Origin: Bacillota bacterium
GTDB lineage: Bacteria; Bacillota; Clostridia; Christensenellales; WQRI01
NCBI GenBank assembly: GCA_009786825.1
Contig: WQRI01000004.1
Location: 1-49,611, forward strand
Direction: 5' to 3'
DNA: 49,611 bases
This document shows, in pieces, positions 47,588 to 49,611 of this stretch. The translations under genes were made by a program, and so were the position numbers. The notes beneath the pieces are model-generated. The model was not told the DNA's origin, did not search any database, and saw only the letters and a list, made by a program, of their open reading frames with translations. Numbering within the stretch: position 1 is the first letter of the stretch; every line of letters begins with the position of its first letter.

Positions 47588-48313
47588 ATGAAAAAAAAGC
47601 AGATAGAAAAAAGTCAGGTAGAAAAATTAGAAAAAACGCAAAAAGAAAAAGAGAAACTTCAAAAAGAGAAGCAAGACTTTTTTATTAATGCATCTCACGA
47701 ACTTAATACGCCGCTTACTTCTATATTGGGCTATGCAGAGATTTTAAAAAAAGAAAAGGCGTACAAAGAAGAGTTTGTAGATGCAATTTATAAGCAAGCG
47801 CTTAGAATGCTAGCGCTTATTAGCGATATGCTACTTATTAGTGAACTTGAAGAGATGGTAGAGTTTCCAAAAGAGACGCTTTGTTTAAAGCAAATTGCAA
47901 TGGAGATTTGCGAGACTCACGCGCCAAAAGCAGAAAGCAAAAACATAAAACTTGTTACAAACTTAGAGCCAGTCACACTTAAAGCCAACAAAGAAAAAAT
48001 AGTAGAACTTATATCAAATTTGGTGGACAACTCTATAAAGTATACAAACAACGGCGGGCTAGTAGAAATTACTGTAAAAAACAATAAGGGCAGGCCGCAA
48101 ATAATTGTAAAAGACAACGGCATAGGTATAGAAAAGAAGCACCAAAAAAGAGTATTCGAGCGCTTTTACAGAACAGACAAAGGGCGCTCGCGCCAAGAGG
48201 GCGGCACGGGGCTAGGCTTAGCAATTGTTAAGCACATCTGTAATTTGTACGGCGCGGCTTATACAATAAACTCGGAAGAGAATGTAGGCACACAGATTAC
48301 AATAGAGTTTTAG
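47588..48313 (+). CDS. phoR: PhoR-like histidine kinase, HisKA + HATPase only
   Basis: ASHELNTPLT, NLVDNSIKY, DNGIGI, FERFYR, GGTGLGL; no TM segment. Confidence 0.85.
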   Translation: MKKKQIEKSQVEKLEKTQKEKEKLQKEKQDFFINASHELNTPLTSILGYAEILKKEKAYKEEFVDAIYKQALRMLALISDMLLISELEEMVEFPKETLCLKQIAMEICETHAPKAESKNIKLVTNLEPVTLKANKEKIVELISNLVDNSIKYTNNGGLVEITVKNNKGRPQIIVKDNGIGIEKKHQKRVFERFYRTDKGRSRQEGGTGLGLAIVKHICNLYGAAYTINSEENVGTQITIEF

Positions 48314-48314
48314 T

Positions 48315-48489
48315 AAATTACAAATTACAATGTACAAATTACAAATGTTGAAAGCTTTAAATGCTTTGCTTTCGAACGGCTCAAATTTGTAACCGCAAAT
48401 TAGTCAAATTTCGTAAGGCACAACTTGCAGACTGCTTAAAAGTAATATCTACTATGAGTGAAATATTTGTACATTGTAATTTGTAATTT
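48315..48489. repeat. MITE-like element with 25-bp terminal inverted repeats built from heptamers
   Basis: AAATTACAAATTACAATGTACAAAT 48315-48339 / exact reverse complement 48465-48489. Confidence 0.75.
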
Positions 48490-48503
48490 GTAATCTGAAT
48501 AAC

Positions 48504-48568
48504 TTTACCAATTCTTTACAAAACTTTACTGTTTCTTACGGACAAGGCAAGCAGACCTGTGTTATAAT
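48504..48568 (+). promoter_or_regulatory. Pho-box-like direct repeats and -10 box upstream of pstS
   Basis: TTTAC at 48504, 48515, 48525 and CTTAC at 48535 (10-11 bp period); TGnTATAAT ending 48568. Confidence 0.65.
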
Positions 48569-48678
48569 TTGTATGGTTTAACTACCAAATATACGTAAAG
48601 TACGTATAAAATTTTAAAGGAGATAAATACTGTTAAAATAATCAAAAAAATATAACAGTATAAAAAACCAAACAAATT

Positions 48679-49611
48679 ATGAAAAAAAGATTTAAATTAT
48701 TTAGTTCAATGCTTTTAGTAGCAGTATTCGCTGCAACAGCATTCTTACTAGCGGCTTGTGGCGACGACAATGGTGGGCTAGCAGCACCTTTTAATAAAGA
48801 AGCTAGGATTATACCTATCTCTAGGGAGGCAGGTTCTGGTACTAGGGCTGCTTTTGATGGAAACATTACGAGTGGCGCTGGGGTTTCGTTTGCTAGGTGG
48901 CAAGCTGCAACTACAGCAACTATAGATGGTCAGCCGGGCTTAGGTAATGCTCTTCCTGGTATTATGAACTTCTCTCATTCTACATCTGGTATGATGACTA
49001 CTGTTGCAAATAGCCCGAATGCAATAGGTTATGTAGGCATAGCAAACTTAAATGCTACTGTTAGGGCAGTTACTGTAGATGGCGCAATAGCAGACAGTGC
49101 AGAAAATCCACTATTCCGCCCATTTGTTTTAGTTTATAACAATGAAGTAACTCAGAACCCAATTCTTACTGACTTTATTAACTTCACTAAGAGCCCAGAG
49201 GCTCAGGCTATCGTTTCTAATGTTAATCAAACTCCATTACCAGATGGAGCTATAGAGGACGAACCTTTTGTTTCTGCTCACACAGCTCGCCCGTCTGGAG
49301 CACCGCAAGTTCTTGCTAGAGGTTCTTCATCTGTTGCGGCTTTGATGGCGGCTTTAATTGCGGAGTATATAAGAATAGTGCCTTGGGCAGTTGCAGGAGA
49401 TTTCCAGTTAGATATGACTTCTTCAGGTCACGCTTTAACTTGGACTACAGGCACTCCAGGTGCAGGTAACCATGGTAACGTAATAGGTGCTCACTCTGCA
49501 GCAGCTTCACTTAACTTCCCAGAAACTAATCCTGTAAATGTTTTCACAGTAGCATACGATAGAGTTGCAGTAATAGTTCATCCAACTAACCCATTAACTA
49601 ATGTGACACTA
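48679..49611 (+). CDS. pstS: PstS phosphate-binding lipoprotein (runs off the window; absent from the ORF track)
   Basis: MKKRFKLFSSMLLVAVFAATAFLLAAC lipobox, SREAGSGTRAAF, NAIGY, RPF, GSSSV. Confidence 0.85.
   Translation, partial: MKKRFKLFSSMLLVAVFAATAFLLAACGDDNGGLAAPFNKEARIIPISREAGSGTRAAFDGNITSGAGVSFARWQAATTATIDGQPGLGNALPGIMNFSHSTSGMMTTVANSPNAIGYVGIANLNATVRAVTVDGAIADSAENPLFRPFVLVYNNEVTQNPILTDFINFTKSPEAQAIVSNVNQTPLPDGAIEDEPFVSAHTARPSGAPQVLARGSSSVAALMAALIAEYIRIVPWAVAGDFQLDMTSSGHALTWTTGTPGAGNHGNVIGAHSAAASLNFPETNPVNVFTVAYDRVAVIVHPTNPLTNVTL

Overview
Low-GC Firmicutes (Clostridia-like, spore-forming) chromosomal window. The left 28 kb is a tandem array of two related integrated elements sitting in the spore-coat Mn-catalase gene cotJC, whose 3' half resumes at about 28095. 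Element 1 (<1..8151) looks like a filamentous-phage (inovirus-like) prophage, with membrane-anchored virion-type ORFs and a Zot/pI-like ATPase. It replicates with a CRESS-virus-like Rep (HUH + SF3 helicase) from a stem-loop carrying the nanovirus-type nonanucleotide TATTATTAC, and it integrates with a large serine recombinase (LSR). Element 2 (8152..28105) keeps the same origin-Rep-small ORF-LSR backbone, but its Rep and LSR each carry a 1-nt deletion and its methylase is deleted. In place of virion genes it carries defence cargo: DUF1848, an AlbA_2/Schlafen protein and a type 4 BREX operon (brxP-brxC-pglZ-brxL plus a small Cys protein). The att sites can be read directly and show the attP/attB 5-bp arm offset typical of LSRs. 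Origin-to-origin rolling-circle replication would release a 20.3-kb circle holding the intact Rep, the intact LSR, an attP-like site and the BREX cargo. The right part is host chromosome: aquaporin, dinD, lipoproteins, a GNAT protein, metG, an accessory islet between tRNA-Thr and tRNA-Ser, and a pstS/phoP/phoR region. All calls come from motif reading by eye; no database search was run.
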